Of a stretch of DNA of 64,000 nt, positions 9,325 to 19,019 are shown piece after piece. This DNA comes from an uncultured Klebsiella sp. (GTDB lineage Bacteria > Chloroflexota > Chloroflexia > Chloroflexales > Roseiflexaceae), in contig CAYXXK010000009.1 of the NCBI GenBank assembly GCA_964469045.1, forward strand, positions 5,012 through 69,011, read 5' to 3'. Below the pieces are notes generated by a model. That model was given only the letters and a program-made list of their open reading frames with translations, had not been told where the DNA came from and did no database searches. A program made the position numbers and the translations under genes. Numbering within the stretch: position 1 is the first letter of the stretch; each line of letters opens with the position of its first letter.

Positions 9325-9777
9325 ATGGCACGCTATCACTTTTATGAGGACTACGAGGTCGGGCTCCAGATGATTACCCCGGCACGAACTATTGGCGAAA
9401 CCGAGGTCAGCATGTTTGCCATGCTCACCGGCGACTTTAATCGACTCCATACCGATGCCGAATATATGAAAGACTCGCCGTTTGGTGAACGCATCGCTCA
9501 TGGGCTTCTCGGTCTCTCGATTGTCAATGGTCTCAAGTATCGCACTGATCTGGACCCAGATGGAATTATTGCGTTCTTAGGATTAAACTGGAACTTCACG
9601 GCGCCGATTCGATTCGGCGATACGATTCATGCGGTGCTCACCGTTGCTAATCTGCGCCCTACCAAAAACCCTGAGCGCGGCATCGTCACCTATGGTGTAC
9701 AGGTCATCAACCAACACGGTGCAGTGGTCCAGCAAGGTGAGATGACGATGATGATCAAACGGCGCTCGGTCGCCTAA
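9325..9777 (+). CDS. MaoC-family (R)-specific enoyl-CoA hydratase / hotdog-fold dehydratase
   Basis: FAMLTGDFNRLHTDAEYMKDSPFGERIAHG is the MaoC hydratase motif. About 150 aa, single hotdog fold. Confidence 0.85.
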   Translation: MARYHFYEDYEVGLQMITPARTIGETEVSMFAMLTGDFNRLHTDAEYMKDSPFGERIAHGLLGLSIVNGLKYRTDLDPDGIIAFLGLNWNFTAPIRFGDTIHAVLTVANLRPTKNPERGIVTYGVQVINQHGAVVQQGEMTMMIKRRSVA

Positions 9778-9813
9778 TCAAAACAGCGGTGCAGGGCAAG
9801 CCCTGCACCGCTG
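9778..9813 (-). terminator. rho-independent terminator after the sigma factor gene (shared with the convergent MaoC gene)
   Basis: Perfect 14-bp stem cagcggtgcagggc / gccctgcaccgctg (9784-9813). On the minus strand it is followed by TTTTGATT. Confidence 0.7.
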
Positions 9814-9826
9814 TACGGCAGTAAAG

Positions 9827-11212
9827 TTACTCGAGATAGCCTTGGAGGCGCGCACCAAACTGGGGCGAACGCAACAAACGCAACGCATCGGCCTCGATTT
9901 GGCGGGTACGTTCACGCGTAATACCGAACGCCACTCCCACCTCTTCGAGCGTCCGGCGACGTCCATCATTCAAGCCATAGCGCATCATCAGAATCGCTCG
10001 TTCGCGCTCTGGCAATTCACTCAATGCCGAGGCGACATCTTGTTGGAGCATGTGACGGGTTGCGATATCAATCGGCGTATCACTGATTTCATCGGCCAAT
10101 AACTCACCAATGTGGCCTTCGCCATCGTTGTTTATGGGTTGTTCGAGTGAAATTGGTTGTGCTGATGCCTGGAGCAAGCGACGTACCTTCCGATCAGAGA
10201 TGCCGAGCTCGGCTGCTACTTCTTCGGGCGTTGGCTCACGCGAAAGCCCTTGCTCAAGGATACGAGTGGCACGACGCATTTGACCAATTGCATCACTCAA
10301 ATGCACAGGCAAACGAATCAAGCGACTCTGCTCCGCGATGGCACGCGTTACCGCCTGACGAATCCACCACGTCGCATAGGTAGAAAAGCGATTTTTGCGC
10401 AGATAATCGAACTTCTCAACGGCACGCATCAGGCCGATGTTCCCCTCTTGCACCAGATCCATGAACGATAATGGGCCACCGATATACTTCTTGGCAACGC
10501 TGACGACGAGGCGCAAATTTGCCTGAATCAAACGACGGCGTGCCTCCTCAGCATCATCGATGCGCCGCTTGAGTTGGCGTTGCTCGCGATCTGTGACGGC
10601 TACCATTATTCGTGCGTTTTCCGGTAGCCCGCCTAGCATCCATGCCAACAACGTATCAGGTGCATACCCATGTTGCACGAGCCGTATATAGAGTGGAGCA
10701 AAAGGCGCAATACCTGTCATACCCGCCATCGTAATCAAGCGCTCGCGCTCACGTACGAGTTCAGCCTGCTCGTCAAAAACCACATCTACAACAACAGGCC
10801 GTTGCAATAGATTATGTTGACTCGCTAACACGATTATCTGTGGCACATCCTGGAGTTGCCCCCCATGCGCTATCCATGCCTGATACCACGTCTGTACATT
10901 GGTTGTATGCGGCATCTGCATGACAAACTGCGTCATCTCGGTCGTCGTATGTAGCTCAGTGGTATGTACAAGGTGCTGCAGGATCTCACGCGCACATATC
11001 CCTGCTTCCATGCGTTGCGCCAAATCAATCTCTTGTGCACCATTGAGCAAGGGAACCTGACCAATCTCACGCAAATACATCTGCACCGAGTCTTCGACAA
11101 TATCGTCTTTGCGCAAATCATCAGTGACAAATTCTTCTGCGACTTCGTCTGTCCACCGTGCATCAGGCCCATTCAACATATCTAATTCATCTGAAACAGG
11201 TTTGATTGACAT
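9827..11212 (-). CDS. rpoD: primary RNA polymerase sigma factor (sigma-70 / SigA family)
   Basis: Region 1.2 ([14 protein letters not shown]), region 2 ([16 protein letters not shown]...[19 protein letters not shown]...[13 protein letters not shown]), region 3, and region 4 ([12 protein letters not shown]...[18 protein letters not shown]). Confidence 0.9.
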   Translation of the reverse strand: MSIKPVSDELDMLNGPDARWTDEVAEEFVTDDLRKDDIVEDSVQMYLREIGQVPLLNGAQEIDLAQRMEAGICAREILQHLVHTTELHTTTEMTQFVMQMPHTTNVQTWYQAWIAHGGQLQDVPQIIVLASQHNLLQRPVVVDVVFDEQAELVRERERLITMAGMTGIAPFAPLYIRLVQHGYAPDTLLAWMLGGLPENARIMVAVTDREQRQLKRRIDDAEEARRRLIQANLRLVVSVAKKYIGGPLSFMDLVQEGNIGLMRAVEKFDYLRKNRFSTYATWWIRQAVTRAIAEQSRLIRLPVHLSDAIGQMRRATRILEQGLSREPTPEEVAAELGISDRKVRRLLQASAQPISLEQPINNDGEGHIGELLADEISDTPIDIATRHMLQQDVASALSELPERERAILMMRYGLNDGRRRTLEEVGVAFGITRERTRQIEADALRLLRSPQFGARLQGYLE

Positions 11213-11330
11213 TTTTCATCTCACATTCTGTGCCGGGCAAACCGCACGCACAATTTAATGTGCATCTATGATTTGATACGATTATGGTCAATCTCTGGAT
11301 GTGTGGCACAAAATGTTATATGTTACTGAA

Positions 11331-11367
11331 GTATAAAAGCCCCTGTGGCGCTTATGCATCACAGGGG
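11331..11367 (-). terminator. rho-independent terminator after the polyprenyl synthase gene
   Basis: 8-bp stem cccctgtg / cacagggg (11340-11367). On the minus strand it is followed by CTTTTATAC. Confidence 0.6.
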
Positions 11368-11385
11368 GGCGTCAACACACGATAA

Positions 11386-12399
11386 TTAAGATCGACGTCG
11401 GAGAATCGTTTCGCCTATTGTACTAAACGCCGCATACACATCAGCTGGAGCATGTACTTCGAGTTGCGCTAACCCACGATGCACACATTGTTCGGCAGCC
11501 TCGTATGCAGCATCAATTCCACCTGCCGCCATAATGGCAGCAATGACCGCTGGCACCTGCTCTGCAACAATTGGCCCTTGCGTGATTTGTCGCAATATCG
11601 GATTGTCGCTTCGTTGTGCAGCGAGAAGCAACGGCAGCGTTATTGTTCCTTCTCGCAAATCATTCCCTGCAGGCTTCCCCAGCACTGCTTCGCTCTCAAC
11701 CATGTCCAAAATATCATCAACAATTTGAAATGCAAGTCCGAGCTCATAGCCGAGCTGTCCAAGTGCAGCTACTGCGCGTTCGCTTCCACCTGCAACAGCG
11801 ACACCGGCACGACATGCAGCCTCAAACAAGACTGCCGTTTTATTGCCGATTTTACGGTAATATTGCGCAGCCGCTTGATCAAACGGCTCCACCATGGTTA
11901 CCGGATTTAATTCACCTTCTACCATGCGCTGTGCCGCTTGCACGTAATAACCAATGATGCGTGGGTCTGGCTCATCGGCTAACTCGCGTGCGGCCAAGCC
12001 AAACAAAAAGTCGCCTACGGCCAGCGCAACTGTGCGATTCCAACGCTTATGCACAGTGGTCCGACCACGTCGTGAGCCAGCATGATCCACCAAATCATCG
12101 TGCACAAGTGATGCTGCATGCAACAACTCAATGGCCACCGCAGGGTGTACCGCCCGTGAAAAATCGTATTCAGCGACTTTTGCAGCCAACAACACCATCA
12201 TGACACGCAAACGCTTGCCGCCCGCTTGCATCGTATATAAGCCAGCCTCTTGAATGGCACCCTGATGCGATCGTATCCGCGCCAAAATATGCTGCTCTAC
12301 TGATGCAAAATCTGCATGCAAACCGGTGGCATGCATTATTTCACTGAGCTGCATCCTCCCTGCTCCGGACGTATTTATTTGGGAGGTCGCAAGCTGCAT
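11386..12399 (-). CDS. trans-polyprenyl diphosphate synthase (medium/long chain; heptaprenyl/octaprenyl type)
   Basis: First Asp-rich motif LVHDDLVD and second motif FQIVDDILD. About 337 aa, which fits this class. Confidence 0.85.
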   Translation of the reverse strand: MQLATSQINTSGAGRMQLSEIMHATGLHADFASVEQHILARIRSHQGAIQEAGLYTMQAGGKRLRVMMVLLAAKVAEYDFSRAVHPAVAIELLHAASLVHDDLVDHAGSRRGRTTVHKRWNRTVALAVGDFLFGLAARELADEPDPRIIGYYVQAAQRMVEGELNPVTMVEPFDQAAAQYYRKIGNKTAVLFEAACRAGVAVAGGSERAVAALGQLGYELGLAFQIVDDILDMVESEAVLGKPAGNDLREGTITLPLLLAAQRSDNPILRQITQGPIVAEQVPAVIAAIMAAGGIDAAYEAAEQCVHRGLAQLEVHAPADVYAAFSTIGETILRRRS

Positions 12400-12504
12400 G
12401 CCGATACCCTCTTTGTCTGCTACGACAATCGTAGTGCGTTAACTATATCACAAAGTCTTCATCTGTCAATGCAACACGATTGCACACATATTGTCGTGCT
12501 TTTG

Positions 12505-12543
12505 TCACAAAATTGCGGTAACGATGATGACTATCGTTACCGC
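12505..12543 (-). terminator. rho-independent terminator after the histidine phosphatase gene
   Basis: 11-bp stem gcggtaacgat / atcgttaccgc (12515-12543). On the minus strand it is followed by AATTTTGTG. Confidence 0.65.
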
Positions 12544-12563
12544 ACTGTCAGATAATGCGCGAC

Positions 12564-13196
12564 TTACCAAGCGCCGCGGACGACCTCAAGCTTGCTCAAG
12601 TGTGAGGCTTCACTGAGGCTAGCAAGATATGTCAAATCAGATTCATACTCAATGACCGAGATGCTGGCATTCGTAACCCAGATGCGATTCATGCCGTCCA
12701 TATGCATGCCGAGCGCATCAGCGACCAAGATTTTGACGACCACATCATGGGTCGAAATCAAAATAGTTTGATCGGGATGTGTTTTGAGCAAGTGCTCTTT
12801 GAAATCCAACACACGCTTCAAAATATTGCTAAAGCTTTCACCACCGGGCATTTGCGAACGGGTTGGATGCAGACGCCACTCACGCAATCCATCGCCAAAC
12901 TTCGCAATAACCTCATCAACCATTAATCCAGCCCATTCGCCATGATCGATTTCGATGATTGCAGGCTCAATCACGAACGGAGTTTCTGGATGGAATTTGT
13001 GCACAGCCTCACCAGTCAACCGTGCGCGCTGAAGTGGGCTTGCATAGATGGTATGGAATTTTTCGGTGCGCAAGCGCTCGGCAAGCGCCTCTGCTTGGCG
13101 CACACCCATCTCAGACAAAGGAGCATCATATTGCCCTTGATACCGTCCGATTCGATTCCATTCACTTTCGCCATGACGAACAATCACTAAACGCAT
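12564..13196 (-). CDS. histidine phosphatase family protein (phosphoglycerate mutase-like)
   Basis: LVIVRHGESEWN catalytic RHG motif and a downstream ISTHD histidine motif. Confidence 0.85.
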   Translation of the reverse strand: MRLVIVRHGESEWNRIGRYQGQYDAPLSEMGVRQAEALAERLRTEKFHTIYASPLQRARLTGEAVHKFHPETPFVIEPAIIEIDHGEWAGLMVDEVIAKFGDGLREWRLHPTRSQMPGGESFSNILKRVLDFKEHLLKTHPDQTILISTHDVVVKILVADALGMHMDGMNRIWVTNASISVIEYESDLTYLASLSEASHLSKLEVVRGAW

Positions 13197-13274
13197 ATGG
13201 TATGCTACCTTTGACTAATCTATTTCACTGATTGGCATTATACCATTGACGACAACATCATATCCATCAGAGAG

Positions 13275-14189
13275 ATGACACACCGCGTTATGAGTACACC
13301 ATCACAACCACTAATGCCTATGTTGCGACAAGCTCTTGATCGTGCCGAGCCAATGGCTTTAGTCTACGATCAACAGCCAGGTGGCGCACAGCAATTTTTG
13401 GCAATTCTTGATGACATTCGTCGTATTGCCGACGAATGTGAGTCTCAAGGGCTTGATATTAATAGTGAACTCGTACGCATCGAGGCATTGGTCGGACGGG
13501 CAATGCGAGAGGCAGAACGATTTGCCAAAGCAAACGCCGGCACGCCAATTCCTGCGACAAGTATTCACGGGCATGCGCTACTTGCTCTTGCAGCGCAACG
13601 TCGCACCATCAAACAAAAGCGTCTGATTACTTCTACCAGTATCATCACCATCATCTTGGCGATCGTCATTTATGCGGTGGTAACTGCACCGCCGACGCCT
13701 GACACCAATACGATTCTCGATCTAGCGGTATCCGGTAAATCCGCCGACGCCTACGCCCTCGCCCAAACCGAACATCGTACATTCCCCGATGATGCCGAAA
13801 CCAAACTCTGGCTCTCCGTGCTTGCCGAAATAAACGGCAACACCGCACAAGCGGCATCACTATGGCAATCACTCCAAGCAAACACCGACGATCGCAACAC
13901 GCTTCTCTATCAACGTGGCAACATGCGTCTGTTGGCACTCAACTTCGCTGGTGCCGCCGCAGATGCTGAGCTCCTCCAGCAAACCACAAAGACATACCCA
14001 GAGGGCATCTTGTTGGCCGCAGGAGTCGCAGAAGCGCGTGGCGATGTAACAACCGCCATAGAGTTGTTTGGTGAAGCAGCGCGCGTTGCAGAGGCTGCAA
14101 ATCGTCAAGAAATGGCGGTTTTGGCGCGCGTGCGTATGGGTAATTTGATGCAATACGGCATCGATGCAACAATCACGCCTATCCCTTAA
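13275..14189 (+). CDS. hypothetical single-pass membrane protein with a helical-repeat (TPR-like) C-terminal half
   Basis: Central TM helix ITSTSIITIILAIVIYAVV. The C-terminal region consists of Ala/Leu-rich helical repeats. No catalytic motif recognised. Confidence 0.6.
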   Translation: MTHRVMSTPSQPLMPMLRQALDRAEPMALVYDQQPGGAQQFLAILDDIRRIADECESQGLDINSELVRIEALVGRAMREAERFAKANAGTPIPATSIHGHALLALAAQRRTIKQKRLITSTSIITIILAIVIYAVVTAPPTPDTNTILDLAVSGKSADAYALAQTEHRTFPDDAETKLWLSVLAEINGNTAQAASLWQSLQANTDDRNTLLYQRGNMRLLALNFAGAAADAELLQQTTKTYPEGILLAAGVAEARGDVTTAIELFGEAARVAEAANRQEMAVLARVRMGNLMQYGIDATITPIP

Positions 14190-14193
14190 CTCA

Positions 14194-15813
14194 CTACTCG
14201 TTCGGTCCAAACAAGTCATCACTTGTTGGGAGCGGTTTGGCAACGACCTGCCCAGCCACAGAGTATCCCTGTGCCATGGTTTTGTAGAATTGCTCATCAT
14301 ACGGGCGAGTCCGTACCACGACTGGCATCGGCACTGCATGCCCCAAAATCAAACACTGTTGGCGCGAATCCAGCGTGGCCAATACGGTTCGCAATGCTGA
14401 TGAACCACTAACACCAGTAAACACCGCATCAATGTCTTTTTCATCATTCAAGAGTGCAGTCACACGACTGCCAAGCTGGCTCATAACATCACTATCAATT
14501 GATGATGGACGCTGATCAACGACCAGCAACGTCACGCTATACTTGCGCATCTCACGGGCAATAGTTCCAAAAATGGTTTGTTTGGCTGAAAGTGGATTGA
14601 GGAACTTATGCGCTTCCTCGATAGTTATGACAAGTTGTGGTGGTTTATCCGCAGGATCTTTACTTGTCAAATACGCCTCGGTACGTTCGCGCCAGCGCTG
14701 GTGGATTTTGCGCGTGATGATATTAGCCACGAGCATATAATCGATGGCGTTATCAAATCGACCGAACTCAAGCACGACGTGCTTTTTTGCCATAAGCTCA
14801 TCAATCAGCGTATTGATGACAGACCCGTTCACGTGATCGCGGACATACTCACGCCGGCGCAATGACTCGAGCTTGCGCTTGAGCGCGCTTAACGAGCCGT
14901 AGTGGGTGCCGGTAGTCTCAGCGAACGCTTGGAGCTCATCTGGTGTCCAATCGAGGAGCGTGCGTAGCCATTTGTCGTGATGTTGGTCAACTAACCGATA
15001 CGCTGATTCGGCAGCCGTTGCATTGAGATTGAGCTCATGTTGGATGAGGAGCACGTCATCGACCTCAATCTCATTAAGGCCAATCAGCACTTCGTGATCA
15101 TAGCTCGAACCACGGCGTTGAGATGAGGTTGCGTCAAGTGTATAAATACGCACACTCGTACCGAATATTTTGCGGAGTCCCTTAACAAAACCTCCACCCT
15201 CCGACGTTGCGTCGTTGCCGTACTCAGAATGCATATCAAAAATTAAGTTTGCTGCGACGCCAGATTTAATCGTGCCACTAAGCAATAACCGCGTCAAAAA
15301 GCTCTTGCCAGTGCCACTTTTGCCAAATACACCGTTCGAGCGTTCGACCAAACGATGCAAGTCAATACACACTGGAACATCCATATCGAGTGGTCGCCCT
15401 ATCTCAAAATGCGTGGCATCTTCGCTACCAAAGACACGCGTAAAGTCGCCTTCGTTGGCTTCGTATACCGGCGAAAAATGAGCCGGGATGGTTTTGACAG
15501 GGAGCATACCCTCGGTAAGATCGCGTGGCAACATCAATGATGGGCGCAAGTCGATCGTGCCATAGGTCGTGGTGCCGGCGAGCACCTCTTGCATGAACAA
15601 GTCATCACTCGGTGGATCAAGCAACACGCCAGGTGAGGTGGCGGCTAATTCAACATCGGTCAGCATCGCAAAAAACTCATGCTGACGCCCTTCAACCAAC
15701 AAAAACTGGCCGACACGCAATGCTTCAATCGATTGACTGCCATCAATGCGCGCGGTGAGTCCATCGGTCAGCGACCCACTGACAATCACACCAAGTCGTG
15801 AACGTTGCGGCAT
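14194..15813 (-). CDS. HerA-like (DUF87) hexameric ATPase / translocase
   Basis: N-terminal barrel-like LGVIVSGSL...VGQFLLVEG, Walker A GKSGTGKS, and Walker B-like TLLVVDQRPS. ATG at 15813 has AAAGGA 8 nt upstream. Confidence 0.8.
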   Translation of the reverse strand: MPQRSRLGVIVSGSLTDGLTARIDGSQSIEALRVGQFLLVEGRQHEFFAMLTDVELAATSPGVLLDPPSDDLFMQEVLAGTTTYGTIDLRPSLMLPRDLTEGMLPVKTIPAHFSPVYEANEGDFTRVFGSEDATHFEIGRPLDMDVPVCIDLHRLVERSNGVFGKSGTGKSFLTRLLLSGTIKSGVAANLIFDMHSEYGNDATSEGGGFVKGLRKIFGTSVRIYTLDATSSQRRGSSYDHEVLIGLNEIEVDDVLLIQHELNLNATAAESAYRLVDQHHDKWLRTLLDWTPDELQAFAETTGTHYGSLSALKRKLESLRRREYVRDHVNGSVINTLIDELMAKKHVVLEFGRFDNAIDYMLVANIITRKIHQRWRERTEAYLTSKDPADKPPQLVITIEEAHKFLNPLSAKQTIFGTIAREMRKYSVTLLVVDQRPSSIDSDVMSQLGSRVTALLNDEKDIDAVFTGVSGSSALRTVLATLDSRQQCLILGHAVPMPVVVRTRPYDEQFYKTMAQGYSVAGQVVAKPLPTSDDLFGPNE

Positions 15814-15870
15814 AACAAACATCCTTTGTGCGTAGAGGTTGGTGCGTTACGTGCATTATACCGTAGCCCA

Positions 15871-15909
15871 ATAAAAGAGGAGTGGGTGGGAGCAAAGCTC
15901 ACCACCCAC
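15871..15909 (-). terminator. probable terminator between nudC and the HerA-like gene
   Basis: 12-bp stem gtgggtgggagc / gctc(a)ccacccac with one bulge (15882-15909). On the minus strand it is followed by the T-rich TCCTCTTTTATT. Confidence 0.55.
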
Positions 15910-16108
15910 CATGTGTGGAAACCGGGTTGCCCCGGGAGGATTAGGGGGCGACGTGAAGCGAGATATCGTTGCCGATATTGTGATGACCGTCGCAATCACC
16001 ACTTGATGTCCTAATCATACCACGCCAAATCTGCACATACATAAGAGATTCATAAGAAGAATCTGAAAATTCAATGCAAATTTGGCAATAGAATCATCAA
16101 CGCATCAT

Positions 16109-16969
16109 TTATTCGTGGTAGTCAAAGCCCGCAATCATGCCGTGTTCAATCTCACGACGCAACCAAATATCAAGAATCTGCCCAGAAATCGCCGTCGAGG
16201 GTGGAGTAAGCGGCATAGCATCACGTTCAAACCAGCGCCCATCAGCCAACTCCTCGGCATCGATTTGGATGTCACCACTTTTGTACTTGGCCAAAAACCC
16301 GACCATAACCTGATGTGGGAACGGCCAATTCTGACTGCCCACGTAACGAATCTGATGCACTTGCACGCCAACTTCTTCGAGCACCTCACGGGCAACACAG
16401 GCCTCGAAACTCTCTCCCGGTTCAACAAAACCAGCTACCAAGCTATAGCGATTGCCCCAGCCAGTTTTGGTGGTCAACAAGACACGATCTGGGCCGTCGT
16501 GGATGAGGACGATGATGGCTGGACTAACGGGCGGAAAAATCTCGAACGCACACGGATCACACCGGTAGCCCCAATTGTTTTCTATAGCGCGGTATGGTTT
16601 GCCGCAGCGCGTACAAAAACGATGCAACGTGCGGAACTCAACGAGTTGTTTGGCATAACTCGCCGCAGCAACCACCTCAGGAGTCACACCGGGATGGTTC
16701 ATCAGGGTGCGCAAGTTGACTGCCTGTAACCCCTCGGAGAGCTCACAATCAGGCGCAACTGATGCAGCATGCACAGCTATCTCACCTTGCGTCCCAAGCG
16801 GGAAGTGCTGAGCGATAGAAATGCTATGCGGGCCATGTGGATCACCAGCAAGTGGTTCAGCCGGCGCATTCACGTCGACCACCAAATCCTCACCGCGCAT
16901 CACATACCACACATGTCGCGCACCTTGGGGACGTTTGGGCGGATACGTCCGAATAAATGGCTCCATCAA
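16109..16969 (-). CDS. nudC: NAD+ diphosphatase / NADH pyrophosphatase (Nudix, NudC type)
   Basis: Zinc ribbon CTRCG...CDPC, Nudix box GFVEPGESFEACVAREVLEEVG, and the NudC-specific SQNWPFP motif. Confidence 0.85.
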   Translation of the reverse strand: MMEPFIRTYPPKRPQGARHVWYVMRGEDLVVDVNAPAEPLAGDPHGPHSISIAQHFPLGTQGEIAVHAASVAPDCELSEGLQAVNLRTLMNHPGVTPEVVAAASYAKQLVEFRTLHRFCTRCGKPYRAIENNWGYRCDPCAFEIFPPVSPAIIVLIHDGPDRVLLTTKTGWGNRYSLVAGFVEPGESFEACVAREVLEEVGVQVHQIRYVGSQNWPFPHQVMVGFLAKYKSGDIQIDAEELADGRWFERDAMPLTPPSTAISGQILDIWLRREIEHGMIAGFDYHE

Positions 16970-16984
16970 TGACCTCTTTGTCTA

Positions 16985-17767
16985 TTAAACGCTACTATCA
17001 TCACCAGGACGATTGAACCAACGGAAGAAGATGACGGTCAAAATGGCAAAGTAAATCAAGCCACCAAACAGCCACATAATCAAGCCAGCCAGCTCTTGAT
17101 CAGCTTGTGCGGTCATGCCCCACGGGCGAGCAACCCCTTCGTAGGCAGGGTAGACCACAAAACCGGCAAACGTCAACAATGCGCCAATAATGGTCGGTGG
17201 AATCGACATGAAGAAGAGAAATAGCATCAACGATCCGGGTGTCGATCGCGGCAACTGCGGGAGTGGGCTGTAGACCGGCCACCATGCCAAAAAAGCCCCC
17301 ACGATAAACATCACATGCTCTAGTACGTGGATGTTTTGGTCTCGCACCGCCAAATCATAATTAGCAGGCACGTGCCAGCCAATCAAAATCGCATTTGAGA
17401 TAATCAGCACAGCGATAGGGTTAACAATAGCTTGGCCAAGCGCCAATACGCTACTATTGCGAAACAATACGCTGCCAAGCGATGAAGGAATACTCCCAAT
17501 CAACAAAATTGCCACTGGTATCATCAGAATCAAATGTTGGACCATGTGCATCGACAATGATACCAGCGAGAGTGTGTCAATCGGCGACACAAGTGCTACC
17601 AGCATCAACAATAACGCCAACAAAAAACGATTACGCTCGACCACAGTAGCGGGTTCTACACCCCATCGTCGCGCCAATGGACCAGTAATGAGCAAATAGC
17701 CAACGGTAAGAAGCGTCAAGGCCATCAAAAGGCCAGGTTCGAAGTTCCAGGCATATAAATTCATCAC
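16985..17767 (-). CDS. ctaG: cytochrome c oxidase assembly factor CtaG (caa3 type, integral membrane)
   Basis: Seven to eight TM helices with MHMVQHLILM and HVLEHVMF histidine motifs. Positioned just after the oxidase structural genes. Confidence 0.8.
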   Translation of the reverse strand: MMNLYAWNFEPGLLMALTLLTVGYLLITGPLARRWGVEPATVVERNRFLLALLLMLVALVSPIDTLSLVSLSMHMVQHLILMIPVAILLIGSIPSSLGSVLFRNSSVLALGQAIVNPIAVLIISNAILIGWHVPANYDLAVRDQNIHVLEHVMFIVGAFLAWWPVYSPLPQLPRSTPGSLMLFLFFMSIPPTIIGALLTFAGFVVYPAYEGVARPWGMTAQADQELAGLIMWLFGGLIYFAILTVIFFRWFNRPGDDSSV

Positions 17768-17819
17768 ATTACCTCAAATACTTAACCCTCTTTATCTTAC
17801 AACATTCGGGCTGATGAGC

Positions 17820-17853
17820 AACAAAAACCGCCACAGGACAACGCCTGTGGCGG
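17820..17853 (-). terminator. rho-independent terminator after coxIV, before ctaG
   Basis: 10-bp stem ccgccacagg / cctgtggcgg (17828-17853). On the minus strand it is followed by TTTTTGTTG. Confidence 0.65.
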
Positions 17854-17868
17854 TACAACTCGTGTGCC

Positions 17869-18201
17869 CTAACCAGCGATACCACCATGCCCTGAGAAGA
17901 GCGTTGACATCACAAGCACCAATGAGACAGCCATCAAGAACGGCACGACAAACAAGAATTGGAAAATCTTGAAGTCGCCCTTGATGTGCATGAAGTACAT
18001 CACCACACCAGCGCCCTTGGCCACCATCAAAATCATCAAGATAGCCAAGAAAAGCTCATGTGGGAACAGATCTTGTACCAAGAAGATAGCAACCTCGACT
18101 GCAGTCACCACTGCAAGAATCAAACCGACAATCCAATAAAAGCGCGTGCTATGCTCGGCGTGGGCCTCGTGGTGCTCCACATGTGCGTCATGATTTGCCA
18201 T
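17869..18201 (-). CDS. cytochrome c oxidase subunit IV (prokaryotic COX4 type)
   Basis: 110 aa with three TM helices and a His-rich N-terminus. Sits directly downstream of subunit III. Confidence 0.8.
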   Translation of the reverse strand: MANHDAHVEHHEAHAEHSTRFYWIVGLILAVVTAVEVAIFLVQDLFPHELFLAILMILMVAKGAGVVMYFMHIKGDFKIFQFLFVVPFLMAVSLVLVMSTLFSGHGGIAG

Positions 18202-18210
18202 GCACCCCTC

Positions 18211-18966
18211 CTACATCAAATAGACAATGGTGAAGATTGCTACCCACACCAAGTCAACAAAGTGCCAGTAGAGACCGCCCAACTCGATATCCATCGGGTT
18301 TTCTGGTGAATCGGGGAACTTGTTCACCTTGACGTATACAGCAAGCAACCAGATGATACCGATGGTCACGTGCAATCCGTGGAACCCGGTCATCACAAAG
18401 AATGTCACGCCGTACAGACTTGGAACAATCGCAGCCTTATGTCCATGATCCTCACCTAACTTGAGAATGGATGGATCAAGATTGAGCGATGCCAAGGTGT
18501 TATAGACCTCGTCACTGATGTGCAGTGAGTACGACGGTGCAAGTTTGAGACCCACATGATACAAGTGGGAGAACTCATAAATCTGACCGCCCACGAACGA
18601 CGCGCCGAGCAAGATGGTAGCCATCTGCCAGAAGCGGAACTTCTTCCAGTCGCGTGCTTTGGATGCAGCTAATGCCAACACCATCGTTAACGAGCTAGCA
18701 AGCAACAATGAGGCCAACACGGTGGTCAACTCGATACCGAGATAGTTGAGGCGTGGGTCAAGCTCCTTGAGGATGCCAGCGCCATTAAGAACCTCTTTGG
18801 TACGAGCGTAGAAAATCAAGTGGGTCACAATCAATGTCGCAAAGAACAAGGTTTCTGAACCGATAAAGGCCCACAACCCCAACTTGCGGCTATCCACACC
18901 CATCGAACCAACGAGCGGCTTTTGGCCGGCCTCGCCGTGGTGTGCATGACTTGCAGAACTGCTCAT
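18211..18966 (-). CDS. cytochrome c oxidase subunit III
   Basis: TGFHGLHVTIG, YWHFVDLVWV and other canonical subunit III motifs. Confidence 0.9.
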   Translation of the reverse strand: MSSSASHAHHGEAGQKPLVGSMGVDSRKLGLWAFIGSETLFFATLIVTHLIFYARTKEVLNGAGILKELDPRLNYLGIELTTVLASLLLASSLTMVLALAASKARDWKKFRFWQMATILLGASFVGGQIYEFSHLYHVGLKLAPSYSLHISDEVYNTLASLNLDPSILKLGEDHGHKAAIVPSLYGVTFFVMTGFHGLHVTIGIIWLLAVYVKVNKFPDSPENPMDIELGGLYWHFVDLVWVAIFTIVYLM

Positions 18967-18981
18967 GAATCCTCCTCATCA

Positions 18982-19008
18982 GGCGCAGCGACTGTACATC
19001 GCTGCGCC
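18982..19008 (-). other. intercistronic stem-loop between coxI and coxIII
   Basis: 10-bp stem ggcgcagcga / tcgctgcgcc. No T-tract follows. It lies just upstream of the coxIII GGAGG RBS. Confidence 0.4.
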
Positions 19009-19019
19009 CTCAATGCTTT

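Noticed and set aside
8366-9777. sucD plus the MaoC hydratase considered as part of a 3-hydroxypropionate-bicycle-type CoA-ester pathway.
   Set aside because: A strong terminator separates the two genes. No CoA transferase, lyase or carboxylase genes are nearby. The idea rests only on the suspected phylum.
14194-16969. NudC (an NAD-consuming Nudix enzyme) next to HerA, considered as an analogue of SIR2-HerA type NAD-depleting defence systems.
   Set aside because: NudC carries all canonical housekeeping signatures (zinc ribbon, Nudix box, SQNWPFP). It appears coupled to ctaG upstream. A terminator-like hairpin and a gap of 295 nt separate it from the HerA-like gene start at 15813. The adjacency alone is not evidence for a system.
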